From Octopus sinensis (Eukaryota), in assembly GCF_006345805.1 (NCBI RefSeq), contig NC_043011.1, positions 10,478,001 to 10,542,000 of the forward strand: a DNA stretch of 64,000 nucleotides, written 5' to 3'. Shown here piece after piece: positions 12,560 to 24,394 of the stretch. The notes under the pieces were generated by a model, which saw nothing but the letters and a program-made list of their open reading frames with translations, ran no database searches and was not told the origin of the DNA. The stretch's first letter is position 1; every line of letters begins with the position of its first letter. The position numbers and the translations under genes were made by a program.

Positions 12560-13295
12560 ATACGAGAATATAGTATTAATCACAAGAATTGTTTCGACAC
12601 ATCTAGCATCGATTCCTCTCGAGGGACACTCAACAACAGGTTCAGGAGTATCCGGTGGTGCAGATGTATTTCGTCGGGTGATAAATAAATTAAAAATATC
12701 TCGTTAAAATGACTGTTCCACAATGCAACTTTCTGTTTTGTAGAGACAAAAACAGCCAGAGGAGCGAAAATTCTTCACATATATAAAAGATCCAAAAATA
12801 AAATTGCAGAAGACAAAAAGAGAAACGAACACTTAATCCAGCGAGAAATTATTGAAAATAACCGTTAACAGATATCGATGTATAAACGCCCTCGGGCAAG
12901 CTGCATGGCACGAGTACAACGCTCATACAAGCATTAGCAAAAGTGTGAGAAGACGCACACACGAGGTTAAGTGTACTCATGATTACAAAACCAGTAAGAT
13001 ATTTAGGAGTCGTTTAGAAGAACGGGGAGGTTAGAAGTAAATTTAAGTCATCCATACCTTAAAGTAAAATAAAATTACACTACGTTGACGGTTACTCAAA
13101 AGTCATTCTCACTGCATTGTGCGAAAGTACAATTCTATGCGTGTAGGCATCTCGATAGTCTTTCAGAAATTCCATTAAGTCTCTTTTCGTTAGTCCACAG
13201 AATAGACAGGGATTCCTCGGAGCAGACACGGCATCTCCTCGAAATTGCACTGTATGGTTTTGCATGCCTGACTATGGGCCAAGTAGTATTTCGCA
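12560..13295 (-). mobile_element. Penelope-like element 3' portion (GIY-YIG C-terminus, UTR, hammerhead relic)
   Basis: Minus frame IVRHAKPYSAISRRCRVCSEESLSIL...LNGISERLSRCLHA matches the PLE endonuclease CxxC...CxH tail; hammerhead-like fold at 12577-12684. Confidence 0.65.
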
Positions 13296-13333
13296 TTAGC
13301 CTCCTTCAGTCACCATATAAAATCTGCCAAAGA

Positions 13334-13705
13334 CATACATACATACATAATACATACATACATACATACATACATACATACATACATACATACAATACAT
13401 ACATACATACATACATGCATACATACATACATACATACATACGTACATACATACATACGTGCATACAATACATACATACATACATACATACATACATACA
13501 TACATACATACATACATACAATACATACATACATACAATACATACATATATACATACATACATATATACATACATACATACGTACATACATACATACGTG
13601 CATACAATACATACATACATACATACATACATACATACAATACATACATACATACATACATACGTACATACATACATACGTGCATACACACACATGTATA
13701 CATAC
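13334..13705. repeat. (TACA)n compound microsatellite
   Basis: Directly visible; source of spurious HTYI/MYVC ORFs. Confidence 0.95.
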
Positions 13706-13794
13706 CTATTTATCTATGTATCTAGAGTGGGCAAAACCCCCGAGATTCATGGACAAGTTCTCTCCAGTGGTCTTTGTCCATCATCATCACCACC

Positions 13795-13825
<31 letters not shown>

Positions 13826-13848
13826 CATGTATGTATGTATATATATAT

Positions 13849-13882
<34 letters not shown>

Positions 13883-14015
13883 GATAGATAGATAGATAGA
13901 TACAATTTATAAGTAAGTAACTGTTTATAAATTTAACCTTTAAATGTATTTTTTGATATGCTGGCCAGTGATCGAATTTTTTTCGAAAAATTTTATCCTA
14001 AATTAGATATATATC

Positions 14016-14100
<85 letters not shown>

Positions 14101-14489
14101 ACGTATGTCTGTCTCTTTGTATGTATGTGCGTGTGCGTGCGTACGTGCGTGTGTGTGTTCATTACAATAAAAAAATTACTATGGTAATTATAAACCAAGA
14201 AAATAATGCCAAACTCTTCGTTATTATAAGGTAAAACAAAATTTTGCTCAAGAATATTTTAATGATGGTCGTAAGAACCAACCAATGATATTCGAGAATA
14301 TTATTATCCTTTGACGATGTTCCAATTCGTGTATTCATTATGCTCGGTTTCTGGGAATGAATCTTGAAGATTGAATTTAAATATGTGTATATTAACGAAC
14401 TGAGCGAAACTTTAGGTTATGTAATGCAAAACCTGTAATCCTGGGTATATGACAAAAGATGTATAACGTGAGATAGAGAAAAATCGACC

Positions 14490-14774
14490 AGGCTATCAGA
14501 TGTTGCTACACATTGCTGGTCACAATGCGCTTCGCATTGTTTTAGCCTTCAAATGACGCCACCCTACTGGCTAAGCGAGCAGGCCAACGGAAGAACGAGT
14601 GAGAGAAAGTTGCGGCGAAAGAGTACGGCAGGGATCGCCACCAACCCCTGCTGGAGCCTCGTGGAGTTTTAAGTGCTCTCGCTCAATAACCATTCACAAC
14701 GCCCGGTCTGGGATCGAAATCGCGATCCTACGATCGCGAGTCCGCTGCCCTAACCACTGGGCCATTACGCCCTC
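14490..14774 (-). mobile_element. tRNA-derived SINE
   Basis: Minus head GAGGGCGTAATGGCCCAGTGGTTAGGGCAGCGGACTC...TTCGATCCC with A and B boxes, followed by a non-tRNA body. Confidence 0.75.
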
Positions 14775-14798
14775 ACTATATATATATACATGCATATT

Positions 14799-14926
<128 letters not shown>

Positions 14927-14930
14927 ATAT

Positions 14931-15147
14931 ATATAATATTAATTCGAGACAAAACCACTATTTTGCAAAACAAACAAGGAAAGACTTAATCAATACATAA
15001 AAAAATTTAATATAAAGAAATAAACCGCCACTACAATCGTTTCATTGTGGCGGTTTATTTCTTTATGTTAAAAATTTTTATGTATTGATTAAGTCTTTCT
15101 TGTTTGTTTTGCAAAATAGTGGTTTTGTCTCGAATTAATATTATATA
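14931..15147. repeat. ~100-bp-arm fold-back inverted repeat (PLE pseudo-LTR type)
   Basis: 14931-15031 is the near-perfect reverse complement of 15047-15147; loop TACAATCGTTTCATT. Confidence 0.9.
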
Positions 15148-15222
15148 ATATTTTACTATAAAATTGGATTTAATCCTAAATCTGATTTTTTCCCTGTAAA
15201 TTTGGATTTATTCCCTAATATT

Positions 15223-15304
<82 letters not shown>

Positions 15305-15319
15305 CTTTAGCCACTACAC

Positions 15320-15482
15320 GCATTTTTCTCTCCTTGTTTTTTCTGTATACCTTTCTGTAGAAGAGCGTAGGCTCGAAACGTAAAAGACTTTTTCTATTCC
15401 TGAGCGTTATACTTATACTAATACATATGTTTGTTTTGTACACCGCCTGTCTTCGTCTTTTGCTTTTTTCGTAAACTTTCCC
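15320..15482 (+). mobile_element. PLE pseudo-LTR-type short repeat between (TA)n tracts, containing a hammerhead motif
   Basis: CTTT-CTGTAGA-A-GAGC-gtag-GCTC-GAAAC-GTA-AAAG at 15351-15386. Confidence 0.6.
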
Positions 15483-15498
15483 TATATATATATATATA

Positions 15499-15661
15499 GG
15501 CGCAGGAGTGGCTGTGTGGTAAGTAGCTTGCTAACAAACCACATGGTTCCAGGTTCAGTCCCACTGCGTGGCATCTTGGGCAAGTGTCTTCTGCTATAGC
15601 CCCGGGCCGACCAATGCCTTGTGAGTGGATTTGGTAGACGGAAACTGAAAGAAGCCTGTCG
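15499..15661 (+). mobile_element. tRNA-derived CORE-type SINE
   Basis: Head GGCGCAGGAGTGGCTGTGTGGTAAG...GGTTCAGTCCC, then CTTGGGCAAGTGTCTT (CORE-like); second copy at 40462-40620. Confidence 0.8.
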
Positions 15662-16349
15662 TGTATATGTATATATATATATGTAAGTGTGTGTGTGTGT
15701 TACATAGATATAAACAAGGTATATAAGAATATTTATGTGTGTGCGTGTGTGTGTGTGTAGTACATAGAAGAAATAAGACGATGAATTAATCAAATACCGA
15801 AAGACAATAATTGTGAAATGAAATGTGAAGAAAACGTAAAAAGATAAAATGTTATAAAATATTTGAGTTAAAGCTTTGAAGTGAAGTTTCATGAGTGACT
15901 GTGGTCAAAGATGAAATGTTGGAGCGGAAAGATGGCGTAAAAGTGTTGGAAGGTAGGGGAAGTTGTGGGACGATTCGTAGGTAAAATGTGTTTGACCAAC
16001 CGGAACTGTAAGTGACAAAGAATGTTTTAAATTATAGACTCTTATTATCAGATAGCTTTAACATAACAGTAATATTGCATCATAGCTATAATAAGATATA
16101 GTTATTATAACATTACTTTATCATACAGTATAGCTTATACATTATTCTTGTATTGTAATATAGCTATAGTACCGTTGCTGTATTATATTATGGCTGTAAT
16201 AATATTGCTATTTTATAATAAAACTTAATTATAACATTACTAGACTCTGCCATATCAAAGAGTGATAGAAACCGTGTATAATGCGGGATTATCTTTCAGT
16301 TATATTTTTTTAGTTTTTGGTTTGATGTAGTTTAGGGTTTAATGTTTCA

Positions 16350-16690
16350 GAAGAAAAGACGTGATATCTAGTCCTTCTCCGGTGTCTCCCTGGTTGGTGG
16401 TAGCGCGTTATCTTATTGTTGGAGGCCTAGCTCAGATGTTTGGATTCTCTAAATATACCCAATGACCAAGAGATGCTGTTAAGGATTAAATCTTCTAGCA
16501 TAGAACTGGAGTGGTTCTTCTGCTACTCACAATGTTTTGATCGACCCGAATAGGACCCACCCCAGGGCGTAGGGCATTGAAGTCAAGACTAATACCACGT
16601 CTTTGTGAGCTACACAACTGTCCTAATGCCTAAGTAGTTTCGTGCCTCAAATTCGCCTTGAAATTACTCTAAGATCAATAAAATATCATG
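16350..16690 (-). pseudogene. Degraded LINE apurinic-like endonuclease fragment
   Basis: Minus frame contains LDFNA (GDFNA-like motif); otherwise heavily decayed. Confidence 0.35.
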
Positions 16691-16998
16691 TATGAACCGG
16701 GCTATGTTGGTTTTGGCATGAATGAACTCAACTTTCCAAGAGTTATGCTTGTAAAGCCGATCTTTTATCAATTTTACGGCATTATTGTCAACTTCCGACC
16801 ATGTTCTCCCACTCTTTCGATTGATGTTTGTTGTGTCCCGTCGACACTGTCATGTCCTTCTTTGAACTCGCTGTATATTCCACTTTATAATGTGGACTTA
16901 AAACAAGATTATAGCAATACAAATGTAAATCAGAAACAACAAATAACAAGCAATACCCTTTTCTCAACGACTTCAAAGTGCCTGTGCACGCCACACTG

Positions 16999-17160
16999 TA
17001 TTTCTTTATTGGCCACACAGGGCCTAACATAGAGGGGACAAACAAGGACAGACAAAACACAAAAGTGGGCAAAAATAGAATCGAATGAAAAGAATTGTAA
17101 TGATAAACGAAAAGGTGGATCGGCGTCAACTCGAAACCCCACACTCCAGATAACGTCATT
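16999..17160 (-). mobile_element. 3' end of an L1/Tx1-like element (tail shared with Meta-type SINE)
   Basis: Ends ...GGCCCTGTGTGGCCAATAAAGAAATA, like the Tx1-type 3' end at 37887; body lacks the SINE core. Confidence 0.55.
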
Positions 17161-17869
17161 GAACATTTTTACAGAGTTTTTAAACAGTTATTTTATTTTT
17201 GTCTCTTTATCCTTGCTGTGTGCTGCTTGTGTTGTATATCCAGTGTTATTTTTTGTTGTCTGAGTTTGTAATGTTTTTGCCTACGTTTGTATTTGTTTTT
17301 GTGCGTTTATTTTTGTCGCTTTGTCCTTGTTGTGTTACTTGCGTTGTAGATTCACTGTTCTTTTGCGGCTATATTTTCCCTTTTTGCCGTCTGCGTTTGT
17401 AGTGTCTGCGTTCGTATCTGTTCTTGTGCTTTCGTTTTTAAGCTTTTTGTGTTTGTTGGAAGAAGAGAACGAGAACTTTTGCTTAATGTTTACAACTTGA
17501 CCCGGAAACGAAAGTCAGAAAAAAAATAGTGCAACGGGTGTAAAACAATGTGTGGAAAATGAATATGAAAAACAAAATGCGCGCAAAGTCTCTCTCAGAC
17601 AGTATGTCGTCAGGTTACTTTTATTACAAGCCATCTCACCACCAACTCAGCGACTTCATAAGTTTCTTTTTAAAACATTCAGTACAACTCTTCTCACCCA
17701 CAACTAGGCTTATACTGTAAAATATTCAATACAGATTTCCTACACAAGGTATCAGACGGTCGTGAGATATGCTAAAAATAACAGCTAAGTCACCCTTAAC
17801 ATTGTTCTATCTTGAAACAATATGCAACACCATATTTAGGAAACCATTCGGATAAATTTTTACAAGTGC

Positions 17870-18170
17870 ACCTCCACGCAGTTCTCCTTCTCCGCCTCTT
17901 CCTGCTTCTCTTCCTCCTCCCCTGCAGCTTCCTCGTTCGGCTTCTCTTGCTGTTTTTCTCCTTATGCTTCAGGATGAAGGACCGGGGGGTACGTTTTCCT
18001 AATGTGCCCCTTCAGTCCACACTCGAAACAGTTTGGGATTCTGCCCTGGACCGAAACTCTCAGCTTTGTCTCATCCGGCAGAATTATAAATTCTGGAATG
18101 TCCTCTTGTTCCGCTGGTGTGGCTTGCATTGTCGCCCGAAAACACCAGTTCTGCACTTCTTTCTCCTCGA
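17870..18170 (-). pseudogene. L1/Tx1-like ORF1 zinc-knuckle fragment
   Basis: PEFIILPDETKLRVSVQGRIPNCFECGLKGHIRKTYPP followed by an E/K-rich tail. Confidence 0.6.
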
Positions 18171-18182
18171 ACTCCAGCTACC

Positions 18183-19135
18183 TCCTTCTTGACCCTGCTT
18201 CAAAACAGATTTATCGATGACCAAGTGATCCTTGGTACCCCGAGAATTCTTCCTACATCCTTTTTTGTTCCCTTAGTAGTATTTCTTTCTGCGCCAGGAA
18301 AGTGTGTCTTTGCCGCACGTATTCCAGTGAGTACCTTCAAGATTATGTTTAGGCATGCTATGGGACGATAGTTTCCCACGATATTCCCCTTTCTTCTATC
18401 TTTCATTACAAGTGTTGTCCTCCCAGTCACCATCCATGCGGGAACTGTACCTTTCTGGACGCACTCACTCAATTGGGCTGCTAGTATTTCATGCACCGCG
18501 TGGAATCTCTTCATCCAGAAGCCACGAATCCCATCTGGTCCGGAAGATTTCCGGTTAGGTCCTTTACCCACTTGTTCTTTCACATCACCCGTGCTTATGA
18601 CAATATTCCCTTGTTTCTTTCCTCCTTGTAATTCTGTCTGGATAGATCATATCAACATTGCCTCCCTTTTATGCAACACATTGTTTCCTCATAATCCACT
18701 CCCGAACTCCTTGGCTTGATTTGCATCAGGAGCAACATTTTCCCCATCGTCTCCTAACGTTCAGAAGAATTGCTTCGGGTTATTTTTAAACAATCTTTTC
18801 TCTTCGAACTGCTTATTTCTGTTCACAAATCTTCTTACCCTCTGGCTTTTTGCCATGATCTTCTCTTTTAACTGCTCCATTACTGCATCAAACCCGTTCT
18901 TCTCTAATTTATATTTCTTCTCTAATTTTTCTCGGTCGGTCCCTTTCCCATTTTTCCAGTTTCCTCTTAACCATTGCTCAATTTTTGCTAGATCTTGCCT
19001 TGCCGCTTTAGATCCCTTGGTCCTTTTGCTCTACCCTTTTTTGTTCTCTTAAGTTGTAATTACTCTTCAACAAGTAGCGCAGTAGCTCGAAGATTACTTG
19101 TTGGCGTTGCCCTCCGTCTGGATGTATGCTATGAC
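18183..19135 (-). mobile_element. Dong/R4-clade RT fragment (second family)
   Basis: GPDGIRGFWMKRF, NYRPIACL and KGCRKNSRGTKDHLVIDKSVLK; 5' side abuts a (GAA)n tract on the minus strand. Confidence 0.85.
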
Positions 19136-19541
19136 AGTATTCTTCTTCTTCTTCTTCTTCTTGTATGTGTATTTTAAACTTCTAATGTTGATATTTGAAT
19201 TGACTTAATTACATTATTCTTACATTCTTACATTTTCTGATAATCTTTTCATCAATTAATTGTTACATTAAAGTTTGTGACAACCGACATTTAAAATAAA
19301 GACAATATTTTACGAATATCGACATTGTTTGTCTCTTAAAAGTTTCCGTTGTCGTATTGTCATTGTCTTCTTTCATTGAGGGTCGGAAAAATGTTTATAA
19401 CTGTCGTAAACTAGGTTATATCATGGTGAAGTATGCTATTGCTGCTGTGATAAAGTTGGATATATAGGCACGATCGCTGATTTTCAAAATTTCCCTTGAT
19501 TGTATGAACGAAAAAGCTTTAATTTTTCATTACGCGCACGC

Positions 19542-19612
<71 letters not shown>

Positions 19613-20118
19613 GGAACAAACTGAGATACATAGACAGACATACAGATATATATCCTGCTGTATTCTCGCTTTATTTTGATTCCAATTTATTTGGCCTTTT
19701 TCAGTTTATTTTGCTTAATTTATTGAGTTTTAACTGATTTTATTGTTTTATTTATCTGTCTTGATCAAATTCCCATTCCAGCCTCACCTTTTATAAAAAA
19801 TAAACTCAATTAGTTGGTCAAGTTAGAAAGTTAGACGATCGAGGTTAACAAAACTAATTATAAAAATATTTGTCTGTCCATCTCTCGGTTATCGTTCCTT
19901 GTATGTCATATGAGAAATGTTATACAGTCAGAGCCACCATATTTAATTCAATGATATCCTTTGATTCTTCCTCAACAGTTTCAGACGTATTTAATAGCCA
20001 TCCTTCTCGTTCTATTACTTTGTAATTACAGTCTGGAAACTAAAATAGAAATGTTTTATACGAGATGTTATAGTGTTTTCTTCTTTCCCATTCATTATCT
20101 GTTTATCTGTGTAATATA

Positions 20119-20232
<114 letters not shown>

Positions 20233-20257
20233 GTACATACATATATATGTATATATA

Positions 20258-20289
<32 letters not shown>

Positions 20290-20400
20290 GTATGTATGTA
20301 TGTATGTATGTATGTATGTATGTATGTATGTATGTATGTATGTATGTATGTATGTATGTATGTATGTACATACATATACATGCATATTTATATATATATA

Positions 20401-20619
20401 TATTTCTTTACTGCCCACAAGGGGCTAAACACAGAGGGGACAAACAAGGACAGACAAAGGGATTAAGTCGACTACATCGACCCCAGTGCGTAACTGGTAC
20501 TTAATTTATCGACCCCGAAAGGATGAAAGGCAAAGTCGACCTCGGCGGAATTTGAACTCGGAACGTAACGACAGACGAATTTCGCCCGGCGTGCTAACGT
20601 TTCTACCAACTCGCCGCCT
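20401..20619 (-). mobile_element. tRNA-derived SINE with Meta-type central domain
   Basis: Minus: AGGCGGCGAGTTGGTAGAAACGTTAG head...GAGTTCAAATTCC, core GGTCGACTTTGCCTTTCATCCTTTCGGGGTCGATAAATTAAGTACC, tail ending CAGTAAAGAAATA. Confidence 0.8.
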
Positions 20620-20989
20620 ATATATTTATATGTACATACATATATATGTATATATACATACATACATAATGTATGTATGTATGTATATTTGTATGTGTAT
20701 ATGTATATATCTATGTACTTGTTTATACAATTCTCTGCTGTATTTTAATCATATCCATGTATTTCTGCATTAGTTTGTTAAAAGGAGAGCAGTGTCCACC
20801 CTGTACACAGGCTCTTCAAGGCTTCTGAAATAGAATACACGATTCAGACGTCTGTAAATCTAAGTCTGTGCTAATGTAACAGATTATTATTACATTATTA
20901 TCATTGCACACTTCACTTGTCAGAGCTCTGAATTTAACTTGCTCTGGTTGATTCTGTAAGAGCGGACAACAACCTGTTGTCAAGGATCT

Positions 20990-21260
20990 TTCACAGAGTC
21001 TCTTTCCACAATACTTAACATCCGAGTAGCCATCTCAAAATCATCTCTTTGATCCCGTTGTCACCGACACACGCTATGTTTATTATCATGCAAGTTCTTT
21101 CTTTTTTATTCACCACAACAACGTCCGGTTTCCGATATCTGATCAGGTAATCTCACTGAATCATTGTATCCCACAAGATTTTGCAGTCTTCATTGTCGGT
21201 GACTGTTTCTGGGGTTTGATAATACCACGTCTTTGTTCTTTGTAGGCCGTGATTTCCGTT
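20990..21260 (-). mobile_element. Dong/R4-clade endonuclease fragment
   Basis: WYYQTPETVTDNEDCKILWD...KPDVVVV; same family as 23533-24326. Confidence 0.7.
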
Positions 21261-21589
21261 GGTAAAAGAACAGTATTACTCATATTTGGGTGTCAAGATA
21301 GGAGACCAAAATAAAAGTTGGGCACCACATATCTGTTGCACAATATATATCAATGGTCTTCCAAGATGGTCTTTGGGAAAGTCAAGAAGTATGTAGTTTG
21401 GCATTCCAATGATTTGGCGTGAACCACAAGACCACCATTCTGTCTTGTAGATGTTAAAGATAAGTGTGTTTTTATTTACATTAAACCTAGCATATATTTT
21501 TCTAAATATATTTATTTTTATTCCATACATTAAATATAGGAAATGCTATCATATAATTTATTTTCTTAATAAGTATAACAACGAAGGGT

Positions 21590-22790
21590 GCGTCGTCGGT
21601 GGTGTATCCGAATCTGAAATCCGCAATAAACTCGCGCGCAGTCGCAGTAGTTTGGTATGGCGCTGGAATCCTGAAGTGGACAGAGGAAGAGCTAAAGGAG
21701 ATGGACAGGAAGTCAAGAAAGCTCCTAATAATGCATGAAGCCCATCATCCATGTTCAGACACTGACTGCCTATACAAGAAGAGAGCAAACGTAGGAAGGG
21801 GACTAAGTGTGGAAGACTGCATGTGTATTGAACTCGAGAGCCCGAAGTAAGGAAACTTTGCTAGGGACAGGAACGAGGGAGTATTGAGAGCAGAGAAAAA
21901 AGGGAAAACAAAGAAAGGACATGAAAAAGAATTACAAAAAGGACATGAAGAAGAATTATGCAAGAAGAGACTATACAATCAATTCCATGCAGCCACATCA
22001 AAGGTTGGAGGAAAAATATGTGACATTGGCTGATGAAAGGAACACTAAAAAGAGAGACCGAGAACACTATACTGGCAGCGCAAGACCAAGCTTTGGTAAT
22101 GAATCGGAGTGTCAACTTTAGGAATGAGCAGGTGTCCCCGCTGTGCCACATCTGCAATAGAATGGATTAAAATAATTGCTCCAGACTTGACCAAAACTAC
22201 TACAAGTTGTGGCGACACGACCAGGTAGCGATAGTGCTACATTGGAAACTGTGCGAAAAGTGGGGGCTAGAGAGAGACAAGACGGGGTATGAGCACAAAC
22301 CGGAGAGAGTGGCGGAGTCAGAGATAGGCAAAATCCTCTGGGATTTCCCAAGCCAAACAGATCAGGTGCTAAAGCATAACAGACCGGACCTAGTTTTGGT
22401 GGACAAGGTGCACCACATGTGATATATATAGTTGATGTTGCATGCCCCTTTGACCCACAAATAGTCAAGAAGGAAAGTGAAAAGATAGATAGATACTGCC
22501 CTCTTGAGTACGGGCCGTCTATGGAAAATGAAGACGGTAGAGATAGTGCTAATTAGTGTTGGATCCTTGGGGAACAGTACCAGAAGGCATCAAGAGGAAT
22601 ATAAAGGAAATTGGAATAGAGTGCCCTGTGGAACTGTTACAAAAGGTTTGCCTCCTTGGCACAGCCAGAATAATCAGGAAAGTATTAGATAGCTGAAAAG
22701 AACAGATAGCATGGTACGATAGGCTGCAGGTAGTAAGCCTGCTATGCATGCATGACTCCAGGAGCTTCAACAAAACCTGTGATAAAGAGA
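21590..22790 (+). mobile_element. Dong/R4-clade 3' fragment (thumb to endonuclease and 3' end)
   Basis: AINSRAVAVVWYGAGILKW...HHPCSDTDCLY, RHDQVAIVLHWKLC, ILWDF...HNRPDLVLV; ends at a TAA/TGA tract. Confidence 0.85.
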
Positions 22791-22851
22791 AAATGATAAT
22801 AATAAAAATGATGATGATGATGATGATGATGATGTTGATAATAATAATAAT

Positions 22852-23387
22852 AATGGAATAACAACAGAAAAAAGATGGTATAGGCACACACCAGAAAAGG
22901 TCACAGAAAACGAGAAAGCAACCATACTCTGGGATATGCCGATACACACAGATAGAGAAATTAAGGCCAACAGACCAGATATAGTTGTCAGAGATCATGA
23001 AGAAAAAAATGCTTTCTAATTGATGTATCAATACCAGCGGATGACAACGTGTCTCTAAAAAAAATGGAGAAACTTTCAAAATACAAAGACCTGGAAATAG
23101 AGGTAACTCGAATGTGGAATCTAAAAACAGAAACAATCCCTATCAGAGTAGGCGCATTAGGTATAATAAAAAAAATATTCAGACAAATACATAACAAAAA
23201 CACCAGGACTTACAAACACATATAACATACAGAAAATTACACTACTGGGCACTACACACATCCTACGCAAAACACTTTCAATACAGTAACCATCAGAGCA
23301 CCACAACAAAGTACAGCACATACCCAAGGCACACAGAGCGGCGCTCGGTAGTGAAGTGAAAGCACGATATAAAACAAAAAAACTACT
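22852..23387 (+). mobile_element. 5'-truncated Dong/R4 3' end between (TAA)n tracts
   Basis: ILWDMPIHTDREIKANRPDIVV; highly similar to about 26775-27305. Confidence 0.88.
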
Positions 23388-23403
23388 AAATAATAATAAT
23401 AAT

Positions 23404-23452
<49 letters not shown>

Positions 23453-23532
23453 GCAGCAACAACAACTACAATAATAATAATAATAATAATAATATAATAA
23501 TAATAATAATAATAATATAATAATAATAATAA

Positions 23533-24326
23533 ACGAGATAATGGAAAAGGAAATGAAAGATCAACTGAGGATGGAGTATTTCCGAAGACTGAGGTTTGTG
23601 TTGCGCTCAAATCCAAACAGTTAATACGTGGGCGACAGCATCACTTCGGTATGGAGTGGGAATTATAAAATGGCAAAAACAATGGTAAGAATAGATACAA
23701 AGACCCGGAAAATGTTAACAGTACACGGAGCCTTCCACCATAAGAGTGACACTGACAGGTTGTACTTAACCAGAAGAAAGGGTGGGAGAAGTTTGATCAA
23801 TGGCTAGGACCGTATCGAAGCAGAAATCACAGCCTACAAAGAGCAAAGACGTGGTATGAGCAAACTCCAGAAGGAGTCAGCGGAAATGAGAATTGCAAAA
23901 TCCTGTGGGATGCAATGATCCAGTGCGATCACCTGACTAGACATCAGAAACCAGACATTGTTGTGGTGAATAAAAAAGAAAGAACATATGACAGCAGGAT
24001 CAATGTGAAAGAAGAAGAAAAAAAAGCAACTATAACGATTTGAAGTGGGAAATACGAAGGTTGTGGTCAATGAAGAGAGTAGACGTGATACCAACAGTAA
24101 CTGATGCACTTGGAAGTATCAGCACTCAGCTACCAACATGGCTGAAAGAGACTGGTGCAAGTGTAAAGGTAGAACAACTACAAAGATCAGCATTACTTGG
24201 AACTGCAAGAATTCTCCACAGGGTTCTTGAAGCATCACCAGTAACACAAGTGTCACCTTAGTCTGCTGGCTGTGGACAGCTGACACTTTCCATCATACCC
24301 GGCAAAATAAGCTGAGTCTTTATATG
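23533..24326 (+). mobile_element. Dong/R4 3' fragment with internal deletion
   Basis: HHKSDTDRLYLTRRKGGR joined to WYEQTPEG...ILWD..KPDIVVV...LLGTARIL; ends in (TAA)n. Confidence 0.85.
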
Positions 24327-24329
24327 ATG

Positions 24330-24371
<42 letters not shown>

Positions 24372-24394
24372 TAATAATAATAATAGTAATAATA

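Noticed and set aside
13090-13290. Selenocysteine recoding in the PLE endonuclease fragment (described for Naiad PLEs)
   Set aside because: The in-frame stop after the CxH motif is TAG, not TGA, and no SECIS was recognisable.
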